Source of the DNA: Octopus sinensis
Lineage: Eukaryota
NCBI RefSeq assembly: GCF_006345805.1
Contig: NC_043000.1
Coordinates: forward strand, 45,508,001 to 45,572,000
DNA: 64,000 nucleotides
Reading direction: 5' to 3'
Under the pieces are notes generated by a model. The model saw only the letters and a list, made by a program, of their open reading frames with translations. It was not told where the DNA came from and searched no databases. Made by a program: the position numbers and the translations under genes. Within the stretch, counting starts at the first letter, position 1, and each line of letters starts with the position of its first letter. This document shows, one piece after another, positions 11,981 to 24,990 of the stretch.

Positions 11981-13974
11981 GTATATACATATGTGCATAT
12001 ATATAGATATATGTATTTTCATCTATGTATGTGTATGCGTATGTGTGTGTATGTATCGATGAATGCCTGACGTACTTAATATATATATCAAAGTTACATA
12101 CTCAATATATATCAAAGTTTATGCTAAAAAGTGTAATAACACTCTCAGTAATGAATAAAGAGAAAAATAAATTTATTCAGTATTTCAGATTTAATAAACC
12201 CTAAACAGGATATAAAATGAAATTTAAAATAAAACATTTCATGATTAGACCTAATAATGAAATGAAAAATTTATTTCAGTTACAATGCTTGAAGTAAGCT
12301 ACAAAGAAGTAACTTTTATAAGTTGTTTCTAGATATCAAATTAAAAAATAAAAATAAGAAACTTTTATTAATGATATCGTTATTCTTTACCTTGAAGACA
12401 ACATTTATTCAAATCATTAAGTTTTTTTTTTTCATGTTAATGCTTCCTAGTAGCATAGAAATAAAAGTATTCATTCAAATAGCCCATTTCTGCTTCGTCT
12501 TTTGGCATTCTATGAAATATTCATTAGAAAAGAAGGAAAAAAATTAAACATAAAAAGAAATTGTATTCTGTATGACAATGTTTTTTTATCATCATTTTCC
12601 ACTGCCCTTATTTGCATTGCACCTATTAACATCCTGTGCGTTATCATTTGTTGCGATCTTTCTTGCAGTAAATTCTTTGGACTGCAAATGCTTTCAGTTG
12701 AAAATTAAAATGTTTTTGCTTAGATGAGCACACAATGCAGAATCTCCTTTTTATTTTAAATATTAGGAAGTTTATATATGACCTAATATTTTCCAATTCA
12801 ACACTCCACCTTTTACCTTCTACATTCGTTTTAGTTGATTTAAAAAGTTACCTCTACCTAAAATGATGCTAATTAATATTGATTGATCCTCTGAATAACA
12901 TAGACATTTCATTACAAACTAAATGATGTCAGACGTTGTGATGTGGTTATGAAGTTTGTTTTACAATCACATCATTCCTGGTTCAATTTCACTGTAAACT
13001 TAATTTGGTTTGTAGACTTAATCTGCCATCTACTTCTACATTTTTATATAATTTTAGCAAAGTCTACTTTGTGGCAAGTATTTGAGGTAAGTTTTCAATT
13101 TGAAGTCACATTCTTTCCTCCTTCCTACAAACCTTGGAGGCCCTTGATAGGGTCATGGGAACCGCCCTTCCCTCTTTCATAGCTGTTATCACTTAACATT
13201 CATTTTTCATGCTGGCAAAGACTGGATGGTTTTGCAGACTACAAGAAGCTGCAGAACTGCCTCAGATTCCAATGTCAGCTGGATACCCTTCCTAACGTCA
13301 AATACTTTATAGAGCGTAAGTGATAAACGTAAAAAACAAAAATCTGAGGTGTAGATGGTTGATTGATAGATACAGTGAAGACCACTGTCTGATAGACTAC
13401 TTTCGTTCTTGACTGATTAGACTTAAACAACACCACTTCCCCTTTAAAGATGTTTAGTAGAGTTTACTCTGTGACAGGAGCTCAGGGAAGTTCTCTTGAT
13501 TTCAATAGAGCTTGATATCTTTTTGCAGTACTTCATAGTGCAACAAACATAACTTCTAGTAACTTCCTGCACCTACTCCACCACAACCAGGTTTAGACAG
13601 TCTGCAAAAGGATATAAGTTTTACTCTAACTTCTCTTAACTAAGCCATTAAAAATACTTAAAAAGTTGCCATACTTCATCTGTCTCTTCCGCATCCCCAT
13701 CACCACCATATTATTTTTAGAAATATTCCTTACATTCTAAAGTTTACTTAATATCCTTAACAACGTACATCACTAACTATGTTTCCATATTCTCATTCAC
13801 AGCATTGTTTATAGAGTTCAGTAAAAGAGACTGCTTTTGCTTCCAAACTTTTACTTTTTCTGTCGAAAGTAATGCAGTCTTTCAGTTTTCCATTATTTCT
13901 GCATTTGCATTGGCTCCTTAGCCCATTAGCTCTGAAAATCTCAATATGTCATGGAAAATGCGAGGAAGATATAC

Positions 13975-14033
<59 letters not shown>

Positions 14034-14239
14034 GAAAGAGAGAGAGAGAGAGAGCCATACATAGACATACCAAAATAAATTAAGAAAACTCCAGGTTAGA
14101 AGGGAAATAATCTGTGTAAGATGAATAAATAAGTAAATAAATGTATAAAAAGGCAATAAAAACATTTGAATGAAAAATACAACTTATGAGAAAAAAATAA
14201 ATGATATAAAAAATTTATTTTTAAATAATAGCAACAGCA

Positions 14240-14244
14240 ATAGC

Positions 14245-14284
<40 letters not shown>

Positions 14285-14523
14285 ATGGTGGTGGTGGTGG
14301 TGATGAAGATGACGACAACTATGATGACAACGACGACAATGTCGATGAAGATGATGATGAAAATGGAAAAAGGAGTGAGAACGGAAGTAACAAACATCAA
14401 CTGAAATAACTCTGGTACTGATAGAAACAATGATTAAACTTCTTTCTCTCTTTCTTCTTATTTGTCTTGTTGTTGTTGTTGTTGTTGTTCTTCTTCTTCT
14501 TCTTCTTCTTATTATTATTATTA

Positions 14524-14555
<32 letters not shown>

Positions 14556-14610
14556 TATTATTATTATTATTATTATTATCATTATTATTTTGATGATGAT
14601 GATGATGAAC
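14240..14610. repeat. Compound trinucleotide microsatellite (GAT, GGT, GAC, GTT, CTT, ATT)
   Basis: Directly visible. Confidence 0.95.
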
Positions 14611-15018
14611 AATAACGACAACATTTTTAGATTGATGAGCTATTTCAAATAAAAGCCAAATATCTCTGAAAAAGGAAATCAATAATTTAATGTGCAGTTG
14701 TCTTATTGTGTTTGCAATCTCTTTTTAGCAAGAAGAATCAAGTGTTGGTTGATTGAAGCTTAGTGAACTGATGCATAGTGCAGCTATAATGATATACACT
14801 AATAATGAGTGAATGGGAAGATAAGGCTGAGAAAAACCCATAGAAATATAATATGACAATTAAATAATTACCGACAAAATGTTCTTCCAAACTTAACAAT
14901 AAATGCGTCCTATGCATCATTTAACATCAACTTGTCTTCATCAATGCAGAAAATACACACACACACACATTTACACATATAATTTATATATATAGGCACA
15001 CACACACACATATATGTA

Positions 15019-15074
<56 letters not shown>

Positions 15075-16580
15075 TGTATATATATATGCGTATGCACCTA
15101 TACACATATACATCCATTTGAAAGAAATGCTTTCTCTAAGTATACAATTATATGAGTGTTTACTGATGTCATTGTAACCTAATCATTAAGGTGATAGACC
15201 CAAAGCTATCAGTGGGAAGTTCAATCTTATTGGAATATTTTATTGTCGATGCTGCTGTTGTTGTTGTTGTTGTTGTTGTTGTATTTTTTTAATTTGTTAG
15301 TCATTTCTGAATGGAATAGCAAACAAAAAAAAAACAAAAAAATATTTATTACATCATATGGAGATACAAGATTTTATTTCTTTCTCAGTTGAAATGATGC
15401 AAATTATTCCTTTCATAGAAAATCTGCCACAAAAGAACACTCGGTGTGTTTTTTCACCCTTTTTTAAAGGTAGGAGGTGGGAAAGACAGGTGAGGAAAGA
15501 GACATAGTAAAAGAAAAAAGTGTTATAATCTTATTTGGTAATTAATAATTAGCAAACCTAGATGTATTTGTAGAATTCAAATAACCAGTTCATTTGGTTG
15601 TTTATAACAGAAAAAGCATGGATTGGAAATATTCCTTAAAAACAAAGGTTAATTGAGTGCATGCACGTATCATATAATCTAATTTTACATTGCAAGCAGG
15701 GGAATGAAACCTTACCATCATCCAGCTACAAGACCACCAGACTGTGTGGTTTCAAGCTCTTTGTGCTCATCCCCTAATTTTAGGGAAATACACAGAGAAT
15801 TTTGTTGTTATATTCTTATTTTATAAGCCACCAACTGCATTTTGCAAGTTTTTAGAAGTACCAAATTTTTACTATTGTTGGCATTCTTTTGTCTTGGGAG
15901 ACAATGGAGTTGCACATAAACTATTCCAGTCTGGTTTTTACGTTTCATGTCCTCTCCAGTTTCCTCTCCAGTTTTGCGCAGGCCTGGGCTAGATGTAAGA
16001 AATTCCTGGGTAGCCCAGTCGTCAGGATTCCTCTCTTGACCTTGCTGATGTAGTCCAAAGAACCGCAGAGCTTTACATTTGGCACCAACTTGGTTGCAGG
16101 AGCTGCCAGAAGAGTGTCGAGTTGAACACTAAACCACCTACGGAGCTCCACTCCGGATTTCTTTGAAGGTTGTCTCGTTTCCATAACCCTTGGATAGGGG
16201 CCCATACCAGGTATTGTCAGGCAGGGTCGTCACTCCCTGAAGTAGTGAAGAAAATCACTACCCACTACCTAATTTTTACTATAGATCCTCAAATAAGAGA
16301 ACAGTTATATAAAATTGAAACTTACTGGATCAGAGTCGGAAATACACACAAACAAACATAGAAAACAAAAATACAAACACTAAACAAGGCAAAATACAGA
16401 ACATAAAGCTATGCTCTAGTTTTGCCAGTTCTCAATGTATTCATCTAATTAAAATATATTTGAATGTATTGATATGGTTTCAGAAATTGAAATTTCTTTG
16501 TTGCTGCTTTATCAAACATTATTCAGTGTACATATAAAGGATAAGATGTTATAGGAGGGTGTTTAACAGATTGCAACTGT

Positions 16581-16815
16581 TAAGGTGGCGAGCTGGCAGA
16601 AATGTTAGCATGCTGGGCAAAATGCTTAGCGGTATTTTATCTGCCGCTATGTTCTGAGATCAAATTCCGCCGAGGTCGACTTTGCCTTTCATCCTTTCGG
16701 GGTTGATTAAATAAGTACTAGTTAAGCACTGGGGTCGATGTAATCGACTTAATCCCTTTGTCTGTCCTTGTTTTTCCCCTCTGTGTGTAGCCTTTTGTGG
16801 GCAGTATAGTAATAA
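16581..16815 (+). mobile_element. tRNA-derived SINE, family B
   Basis: Head taaggtggcgagctggcagaa, B-box-like ttctgagatcaaattcc, core gaggtcgactttgcctttcatcc, tail ..ccttgtgg..aataaga. Confidence 0.9.
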
Positions 16816-16981
16816 GATTGCAACTGACAGAGGGACTTCTGCATGCAATTTAAAGCAATGTGTAGAAAAATAGGCATATTAGATAATGTAGTCTGAAATA
16901 GACTATGATTGGAATGACTTTGGTTTGAGTCTGTTCAGTCAGAGCTAACATGAAACTGAAAAACAACTTTTAATATAATCC

Positions 16982-17152
16982 TTTCGACTTTAGGCACAAG
17001 GCCTGAAATTTTGGGGAGGGGGATAGTCAATTTCATCGACCCCAGTACATAACTGGTACTTATTTCATCAAGCTCGAATGGATTAAAGGCAAAGTAGACC
17101 TTGGCAGAACTTAAATTCAGAGCGTGAAGACGGACAAAAAGCTACTAAGCAA
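16982..17152 (-). mobile_element. SINE family B, alternative tail, headless
   Basis: Core in reverse plus tail cccctccccaaaatttcaggccttgtgcct. Confidence 0.75.
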
Positions 17153-17177
17153 CAACTTTTAAAATAGATAATCAACT

Positions 17178-17395
17178 TAAGGTGGTGAACTGGTAGAATT
17201 GTTAGCACTCTGGGCAAAATGCTTAGCAGCATTTCACCAGCTTCACATGCTGAGTTCAAATTCTACCGAGGTCGACTTTACCTTTCATCCTTTGGTGGTG
17301 GGGCAATAAAATAAGTACCAGGTGAGCACTGGAGTTGATGTAATCAGTTTACCCTTTTCTTGAACTTGCTGGCCTTGGGCTAAAATTTGAAATCA
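17178..17395 (+). mobile_element. SINE family B, alternative tail (degenerate)
   Basis: Head taaggtggtgaactggtagaa and core. Confidence 0.75.
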
Positions 17396-17543
17396 ATAGA
17401 AATAATCAATTTAATTTACCACAACTGAACAGCATAGCTCCTAAACAACCAATATAGACATTTGAGGATTTTCTATTCTATTGTTAGCAATGCCTTATGT
17501 TTATGACCAAGACACCAATTAACTCTCAAATGATTGAGTCCAC

Positions 17544-17676
17544 CTAGCTTTCAGTTCTATAATCATGGAGGCACCAGAAGCAATAACATCACTACAGAAT
17601 TGACATTTAATTATATAGCAAGCTGTTCCAAGTTCACTTCCTTCCACAATAAAAGCCAGTTGCAATGTGCCAATAT
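17544..17676 (-). CDS. Candidate internal exon of an unidentified gene
   Basis: AG/GT-bounded 133 nt, open in one frame: (D)IGTLQLAFIVEGSELGTACYIIKCQFCSDVIASGASMIIELKA(R); unique non-repetitive sequence; donor (gtggac) is weak. Confidence 0.25.
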
Positions 17677-18479
17677 CTTATCAAGGATGATATTTAGTTT
17701 TCATAAATTTAATAATCACCTGTGCTGTGAACCTCATAATTCAGAAAAAAACGATTCAACAACAAATTCCTTTCTTTATTAAACAGCAGAAATGTAACCT
17801 CATAGTTTGACTAAAATCTGATAAAATTTTTATCTGTCATTATATTTCTTCATTTTCTCTATAACTATTGATATTTTGAAATATTGGCTTCTCAGAGAAT
17901 CACAAAGACACATATTTACAAGAAAGATGTTAACAAGAGAAATCTCATTCCTGGCTATACTTGCTTTATTTTATTAGAATAAAGGCAAATGAGAGGCGAA
18001 AATGGCTATAGAAGAGTTTGAACTTATAATGAATGGAGATGAAACTCTATACTTTAAAGCATTAATTTTATTACTCTATGCTTTCAGCTATATTTTGATT
18101 CTTCTTTTGAACAAATATTTTAAACTATTGAGTCTCTCTTGAATATTCCATGGAAAATATATTAACATCAGAACTCTTATATAAAATCTCAGTAGATGTT
18201 TTTCATCTTAAATATTTGGGGCACATTGTCTTTTATTCAATTCCAACACCATATTTGGGATGGCATGACATGTATTTTCATTTCCTGGAAATGCTGAATA
18301 CCCTTTTGATGTAAGATTCTGATTTCTAAAACATTTTACAAAAATATTTCTTTTTCTCTCTACAAAGTTGGCTTTAAAACAGATATACTTTTAGAGTCTA
18401 TAAGTAAATTTCATAGGTAACTTGTGAATTTGGCCTTTTTTTTTTTTTTTTTTAGAAGGCATGAATTTTAAGCTGCAAT

Positions 18480-18701
18480 AATGAATGGGTGCTGTAAAGT
18501 TCCTGGGCTTCAAGAGTATCACAACAGACCTGGCTGGAGGCCTAACATTCTGAGTTCTTTTACAGGGTTTAGAAAAACTGAAGGACTGCTGCAATGAGTT
18601 TGTAAATCTGAGAGGAAAATATGTTAAATAAAATCATAATTAACTGATCCTTCTGTATTTTCTTTTACCCAAAACCAGGAACTTTCCAGCACCTCCTCAT
18701 A
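18480..18701 (+). mobile_element. Mariner-derived MITE
   Basis: Inverted ends atgaatgggtgctgtaaagttcctgg / ccaggaactttccagcacctcctcat; internal LQGLEKLKDCCNEFVNLRGKYVK*. Confidence 0.75.
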
Positions 18702-19859
18702 CAGTAAATCTAGCAAAAGTAACTTTTTCTATCCAGCATAATATTAAAGAAAAGTCAGTGTGTATTATACATGAATGCAAGTAAGATCTAAATAAATATA
18801 ATAACTTGCAAATAGATGAGTGATGATAAATCCTTAACCTTTATGAAATACCTGAAAAGCATCATGAGAACTTTGCTTCCTTCTCTATACTATTAAGAAA
18901 AGAAACATTTAAAGTCATCTATCCTGTTGTTTTCTATAATAAAACAATGAATTTATCTATAGTTCATTCAATTACTATGTCAATAAGTAAGCAGTCAAAA
19001 AATACTTTATTCACTAGTAAGATATTCAGCTGTGAATAAAATTTTCATGTTCTTAAATAGTTTAAAAATCTCACTCAATAACGATTTCTACAAGTTATAG
19101 AGGATTTTCCATACCGTAGAGGTTGTATATAACATAAAGCTTGCGCATAAACAGTAGATTACAAAAGCTAGTGATTAAACACAACACTAGTAATACATAA
19201 TACAGCAGTTAAACACAGCAGTATTATTAAATCCTAATAGTACTTTATAAGACTGCAATTATGTGGGTTTGTTTATTGTAAAGGCTAGTTATTTATAGCT
19301 GTTTATCTCTTTTGCTTAGGCGCAGTGTATAAGTTGTAAAATTATTATCTGCTTCAGAGAGATGAGATTTAAAGTCAACTGCAGTGGGTTGGGTTTAAAA
19401 TCAGAAATATAATTTAGATAGAAAAGCAGCTAATACCATAAATGGTAATTAGTCCTCATCTCTACTATTTCCGCTGGTTCACTGCCCTAGTTACCCATTA
19501 TAATTGTAAATAGTACAAATAACCATAAGGAACTTGTTGGTTGCCAATAACTATTCTATAAGCATCTAATTATCGTTCTAAACACAATTACCATCACCAT
19601 CATCAGCAGCAGCAGCAACAACAACACTCTACTTCAAGATGCTCAAACTGTTGATTTCAGAAAAATTGCCGTTCTTACATAGGAATCTTCTGTTATTGAT
19701 TTAATAACTGTAGCATGTTTTCTTTCTTTCTTCTCTTAATTTTTTCCCTTTTTTGAAAACTAGTAATCTTCAGCAATGCTATAAGTAAAATTTTGCACAA
19801 ATAATACACTCCAGACAGATTGTATGATGCATTGTATGCTTATGTTTGCTACAACTGAC

Positions 19860-19896
<37 letters not shown>

Positions 19897-20434
19897 TCAG
19901 TTCAATATTGTACAGAACTTAGAAATTAGAGGAAGATCTGATTTAGTCATGTCTTGTGTATTGTCATTATCATCATTGAGTTAACAAATATTTTGCTATA
20001 CTGGCATTGGTTAGTTGATTTTTTTTAATAGTTGGTTGGTGGGTGCTATAGAGGCACTGCATACCAGATATCACCACTTGTCTGAATTGTTTGTCATCAT
20101 GCCTTTGAGATCTGGTACCATGGGAATTAGCTAAGATACTTCACTGACATGTGTATACTTAAAAGCAGAGTAGCCATTCCAACAAAATTAAACTAATCCA
20201 TGGTTTAGATAATCTCTTTGGTCCTGCAGGACAATCTCACTGCAGATGTTTCAAAGACACCAACAGATAAGTCTATTGATAGTTAGAACATAGGAAGATT
20301 ATCATGTCTTTAAAAAATGCCATCACTTAATTATGCAGTAGAGTAAAATAAATTAGATCATCATCATCATTATATTCATCATCAACATCAACATCATCAT
20401 CATCATCATCATCACCACCACCACCAACACCACC

Positions 20435-20468
<34 letters not shown>

Positions 20469-20889
20469 TTTAGTGTCAAGGACATATTGGGGAGGGTATT
20501 TCCAGCTGTAATAAGATGAACGTTGCTAAAACCTTTGATCAAAGGTCTGCTTGGTCAGAGCTGACCTTGTGTTAAGTAGCAATAATTTAGTGTCATTAAC
20601 TAACATAATTCTTAACCATTAATTGTTCAAGTTGTTGTTGTTGCTTTCTAGCCCAAGATCAAAATCAGTTTTCCCAATTCCAGTTATATTTTAGACATAC
20701 TGACCCTAGACTTCATTATTTAATATGTCCTTATTTCCAATTTGCATTCTACAATTTCAAGGAGATTCCTGCAATTTCATGCGGCCATATACAAACTCTC
20801 TGTAATTTCTAAAATTTTAAAATCATCACCCTCATCTCTCAGTATCAAAAATTGAAGAACATGCTATAACTTACATTCCCTGCAAAAAC

Positions 20890-21103
20890 ATCAAATAAGA
20901 GACTTCTAAACATAAAGTTATATTTTATAACATGGTTTGATGATATGTTAGCTAGAATGCTAGTGTCAAAACTTTCAGTGTTTTGTTTCACAGAACAGAT
21001 CAAATAAGAGGCTTCTAAACATAAAGTTATATTTTATAACATGGCTTGATGATATGTTAGCTAGAATGCTATAGTGTCAAACCTTTCAGTGTTTGTTTCA
21101 CAG
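20890..21103 (+). repeat. Tandem duplication of about 105 bp (20890-20993 and 20999-21103)
   Basis: Near-identical units with few mismatches or indels. Confidence 0.9.
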
Positions 21104-21984
21104 CTTAGTTTTAAATGCAGAACCTAAATACTGCCAGAATCGACTTTGTATTCACCGAAGATAATCAGCCATGTGTATATAGGTATTTCACTGAATTTCA
21201 TTTAACTGTGAATTATTCAGTTCATCTAGCTGCTGTACATGCTTAACAACTCCCTTGAAATTGGTAATTTATCTAGGAAGGAATGTTGGTTTCTTATTCA
21301 TCTGCTAGCCATTAAAGAGATCTGAAAATTATGAGTTTTTCCAAGATGATTTGCTGTTGACCTGATGACACAATGAGGGCTATGGGACATTTCTACACAG
21401 CAGAACTCCATCATGATCAATACTATTGGATCTGTTTATATCACTATAAATATACATAAGTGAATTGTTACAGCTCATTGCTTATAGCAGCTGGGAGCAC
21501 TGTAAAACTGATGAACATTTCATTAGCTTACAGTGCTGAATTGAGATCATAATTTTGATTTAGTTATGGGATCAGCTAGGTTGAATTACTTCCTTTATGA
21601 TCTTAATTGTGCCTAAATAATTGATTGAGTAATAAGGAATTCTCACAAAAATATTTACCTGTAAGTTTCATATGAAAGTAAATATTGTTTCTTATATTTT
21701 AGCTTTAATTTCTGTAAGGTTTCAAGATGCTTTATGACGAAATGTGGGCTTCTGTGACTGGTAGGATGGCAGGGATAAAGTTGCTTTCAGTTAAGAACCT
21801 AGTCCAAATACTTCAATGGAGTATATACCACAAATGACACATTATATTTTTTAAGTAAATTCATCGTTCGTCAGTATTTTTCAGCATTTGTATGATATTA
21901 CAAATATCAATATCTAAAATTAGATTAAGGTGATGATTTGGTAGAATGATTATATTAGGAATTATATTTGTACCTTAGATGTCT

Positions 21985-22350
21985 TGCAAACAACTTGCAC
22001 ATGCAAGTGCTACCAGTCAAAAACTCTGCATACCAGAAGCCAGCAAGTGTATGGGGTCATCAGGAGAGAATGCGCACTGTTTCGGGGCCTACCTCTCGAC
22101 GGCATCAATGCACACTGGCCCTCCTCACTAATATGAGGCCCCACTTGCTAGATCAGCTGGTTATCACATAAAGCTCGATATTCTTCTAGCCATCGCGCAT
22201 CATCTCTTTTTAACCAAATCCAGTGGCTAGCCTTCTCCACTGTAGTTTGGATATTGGTCATGGTGGTATTGACTTTACGATGAGTTAGGCCTAACGATAA
22301 CAACAGTCGTCTCACACTGTGTCCAACAAACCCTCTACATCCGACTTCGA
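21985..22350 (-). mobile_element. HERO-type (R2 superfamily, RLE) LINE 3' fragment
   Basis: 22148-22348 translates EVGCRGFVGHSVRRLLLSLGLTHRKVNTTMTNIQTTVEKASHWIWLKRDDARWLEEYRALCDNQLI*; EVGCRGF...EKASxWIWLKR is characteristic of HERO-like elements; GC-richer 3' UTR follows. Confidence 0.8.
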
Positions 22351-22895
22351 TTTAACTTTGACTCTTTACTCTAACTACATGATCTTACCTGGATCAGCTG
22401 TCTTTCATCTCTAACAGGTGTATTAGAATGATGAAAATTATGCATAAATAACAGTAATGTACTAGGGTTGATTCAGCCCTGAAAACATTTTTTCTGTAAC
22501 AAATTCAGCCATCTATTTGGTAAACAGTAATCAATAATTTCAATTACATTTTAGGATTTCTGCTTTCATAGCTGACTACAAAGAAGGAAGTTGTTGGCAA
22601 TTACATTAGTAGTTTACTGAAGGATTACTTAAATTTCACAGTTTTCATGCATCAACAATTTATTCCCTTTTTAGTTTATAATACAGATCCACGCATAAAG
22701 AAGACAGTGTTAATTTGTCGTTCATGAAATTGTTGTTACCTTGATTGCTCAAACAGCATGCAGAGGAATTGAATTTACATAATAATATGGTTTTTTTAAG
22801 GAAAACTTTACATGAAAACTTTATTTAAAAAAGAAAAAAACCTAAAATAGAAACTGCAGGAAATTTACTATTATATTGAAGATTAATATAAAAAC

Positions 22896-22937
<42 letters not shown>

Positions 22938-24249
22938 CAAATGTTTTTGTTGCTTGAAACCATGCATTCATGAAAAAATGAGATTATGAATTCCAATTGG
23001 ACGATACTATCATCAGATGAGCAGTAGCTTCAGAATTAATAAATTCTTTGTTTGTCTTCGGCTATTCTGCAAGCCTTAAAATGGGATGCAAAATTATATA
23101 AGAGATTACACAGGCTCATTATTCAATGAGAAAATCTGATTTTCTTTCAGCTCAGCTAGTCAGCAATCGTAAACAAGTATTGATTATATTTAAATGAGAG
23201 AGAGATAGGGATTTTTTTTCTGTCTTTATCATAATATTCATATCTTATTTGTTTTTATGAATTCCAATTTTTTTTTTCCCAAATTTATATTTTCCAAGAA
23301 TCCAGTTTGATAAAATAAAAAAATACTTCTTTCATTTATTTTATTAATTTGCTTTAAAAAAATGTAAGGCTTCAATCATATCAAGATCTGTTTTGAATAA
23401 AACTGAATTGACGATAACAGTTTAAATCCTTTATTGTAGGTTCAAGATATCTCCACAACCATATTTCATGATAAACTGAATGGCATACTATTATTTTGCT
23501 TTATATCCTAAAATAAAATACTAAAATATTCTTAACTTTTTCTTTCTGCACCACTGAAACCTGAGGATATAAACGATTTCTATCTCTTTAGATGCATTTA
23601 ATTTACTTTATCTACATTTTAAGCCACAGTTCTGAGTTCAAACCACTATAAGGTTTTACATTTTGATTTTTAAAAATTTTGCTATTCATTTCAGGTCACA
23701 AAGTTAAACACGAGAAAAGAATAAGTCCTGGTGTCGATTTGCTTGACTAAAGGCAGTGCTCCAGCATGGCCACAGTCAAATGACTGAAACAAGTAAAGGA
23801 GTAAAAGAGTGGCAGTTCATAGCTTGCTTTATTCCGTGTAGTGACAGAAAATCTTGTGCTCACCACTTCTTTCCTATGATCTCTATTTAATGGAACTTAT
23901 ACACGATATTTCTGACTAAAATGTGTAAGATTGTGTTTCCTTAATAAACATGGCATTGTGATCACATTTTGCAATATTTTGGGCAAGTGGAAACTGGGAA
24001 ACAAAATGGGGAATATAACATCATCATCATCACCATCATCATCATAGATATGTGTGTATGTGCATATATAGACATATGTATGAACTTTTACGGTACGCAT
24101 GTGTGTGTGTATGAGTTTGTATATATATGCGTATATATTTGGCGAAAAATGCGAGTGAAGATGTGTACGTTTTTATAGTGACGTATAAGTACGCACGTGG
24201 GTCCACGAGCGCACATGTGAGCGTATGACTAGACATGTTTACTATGAAA

Positions 24250-24500
24250 TTTTAATCTTATTTTATATAAGTAGCAGAATTATAACACAGTAATTTCCCT
24301 TTATATAACGGTATTTTTTCATAGCGTTTTTTCAGATGGCCAGATAACCGAAGAGATGGTGTTGTGGATTTCCACTTCGGTATCTGAAACTCAGAGTTTT
24401 ATCTTGACTATTGAGTAATTGTAACATATTATTTTATAGATAAATTTCCTCTATTTACATAATATTGAGGTCTCTTTTGTTATCTTACCGTTTTTGCCAA
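24250..24500 (+). mobile_element. PLE terminal-repeat-like segment
   Basis: Contains a hammerhead-like motif at 24342-24404; CpG-rich upstream; ends in (TA)n. Confidence 0.5.
24342..24404 (+). ncRNA. Degenerate minimal type-I hammerhead motif
   Basis: agataa CCGAAGA gat...atc-t GAAA ctcagag TT ttatct; 6 bp stem I, near-palindromic stem III, U4 changed to C. Confidence 0.5.
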
Positions 24501-24550
24501 TATATATATATATATACACACATATATATATATATATTTATAAATACATA

Positions 24551-24990
24551 TCTTTTATCTTTTACTTGTTCCAGTCATTAGACTGCGGCCATGCTGGAGC
24601 ACCACCTTGAAGGGTTTTAGGTTGAACAAATCAAATGCAGGACTACCTTTTAAGCCTGGTACTTATTGTATCAATCTTTTATGACAAACTGCTAAGTTAT
24701 AGGGATGTAAACACAACAACACCAGTTGTTAGTTGGTGGAGAGGGGGGCAAACACAGACACAAAGGTATATGCACACAGATACATACATGTATATATATA
24801 TATATATATACACATACAATGGTCTTCTTTCTGTTTCGGTCTACCAAACCCACTCACAAGGCTTTAGTTGGCCCAAGGCTATAGCAGAAGACACTTGCCC
24901 AAGGTGGCACGCAGTGGGACTTGAACCCAGAAACATGAGGTTAGAAAGCAAGCTTCTTACCACACAGCTACACCTATACCTATACCTATA
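24551..24990 (-). mobile_element. SINE family A
   Basis: Head and tail in reverse orientation. Confidence 0.85.
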
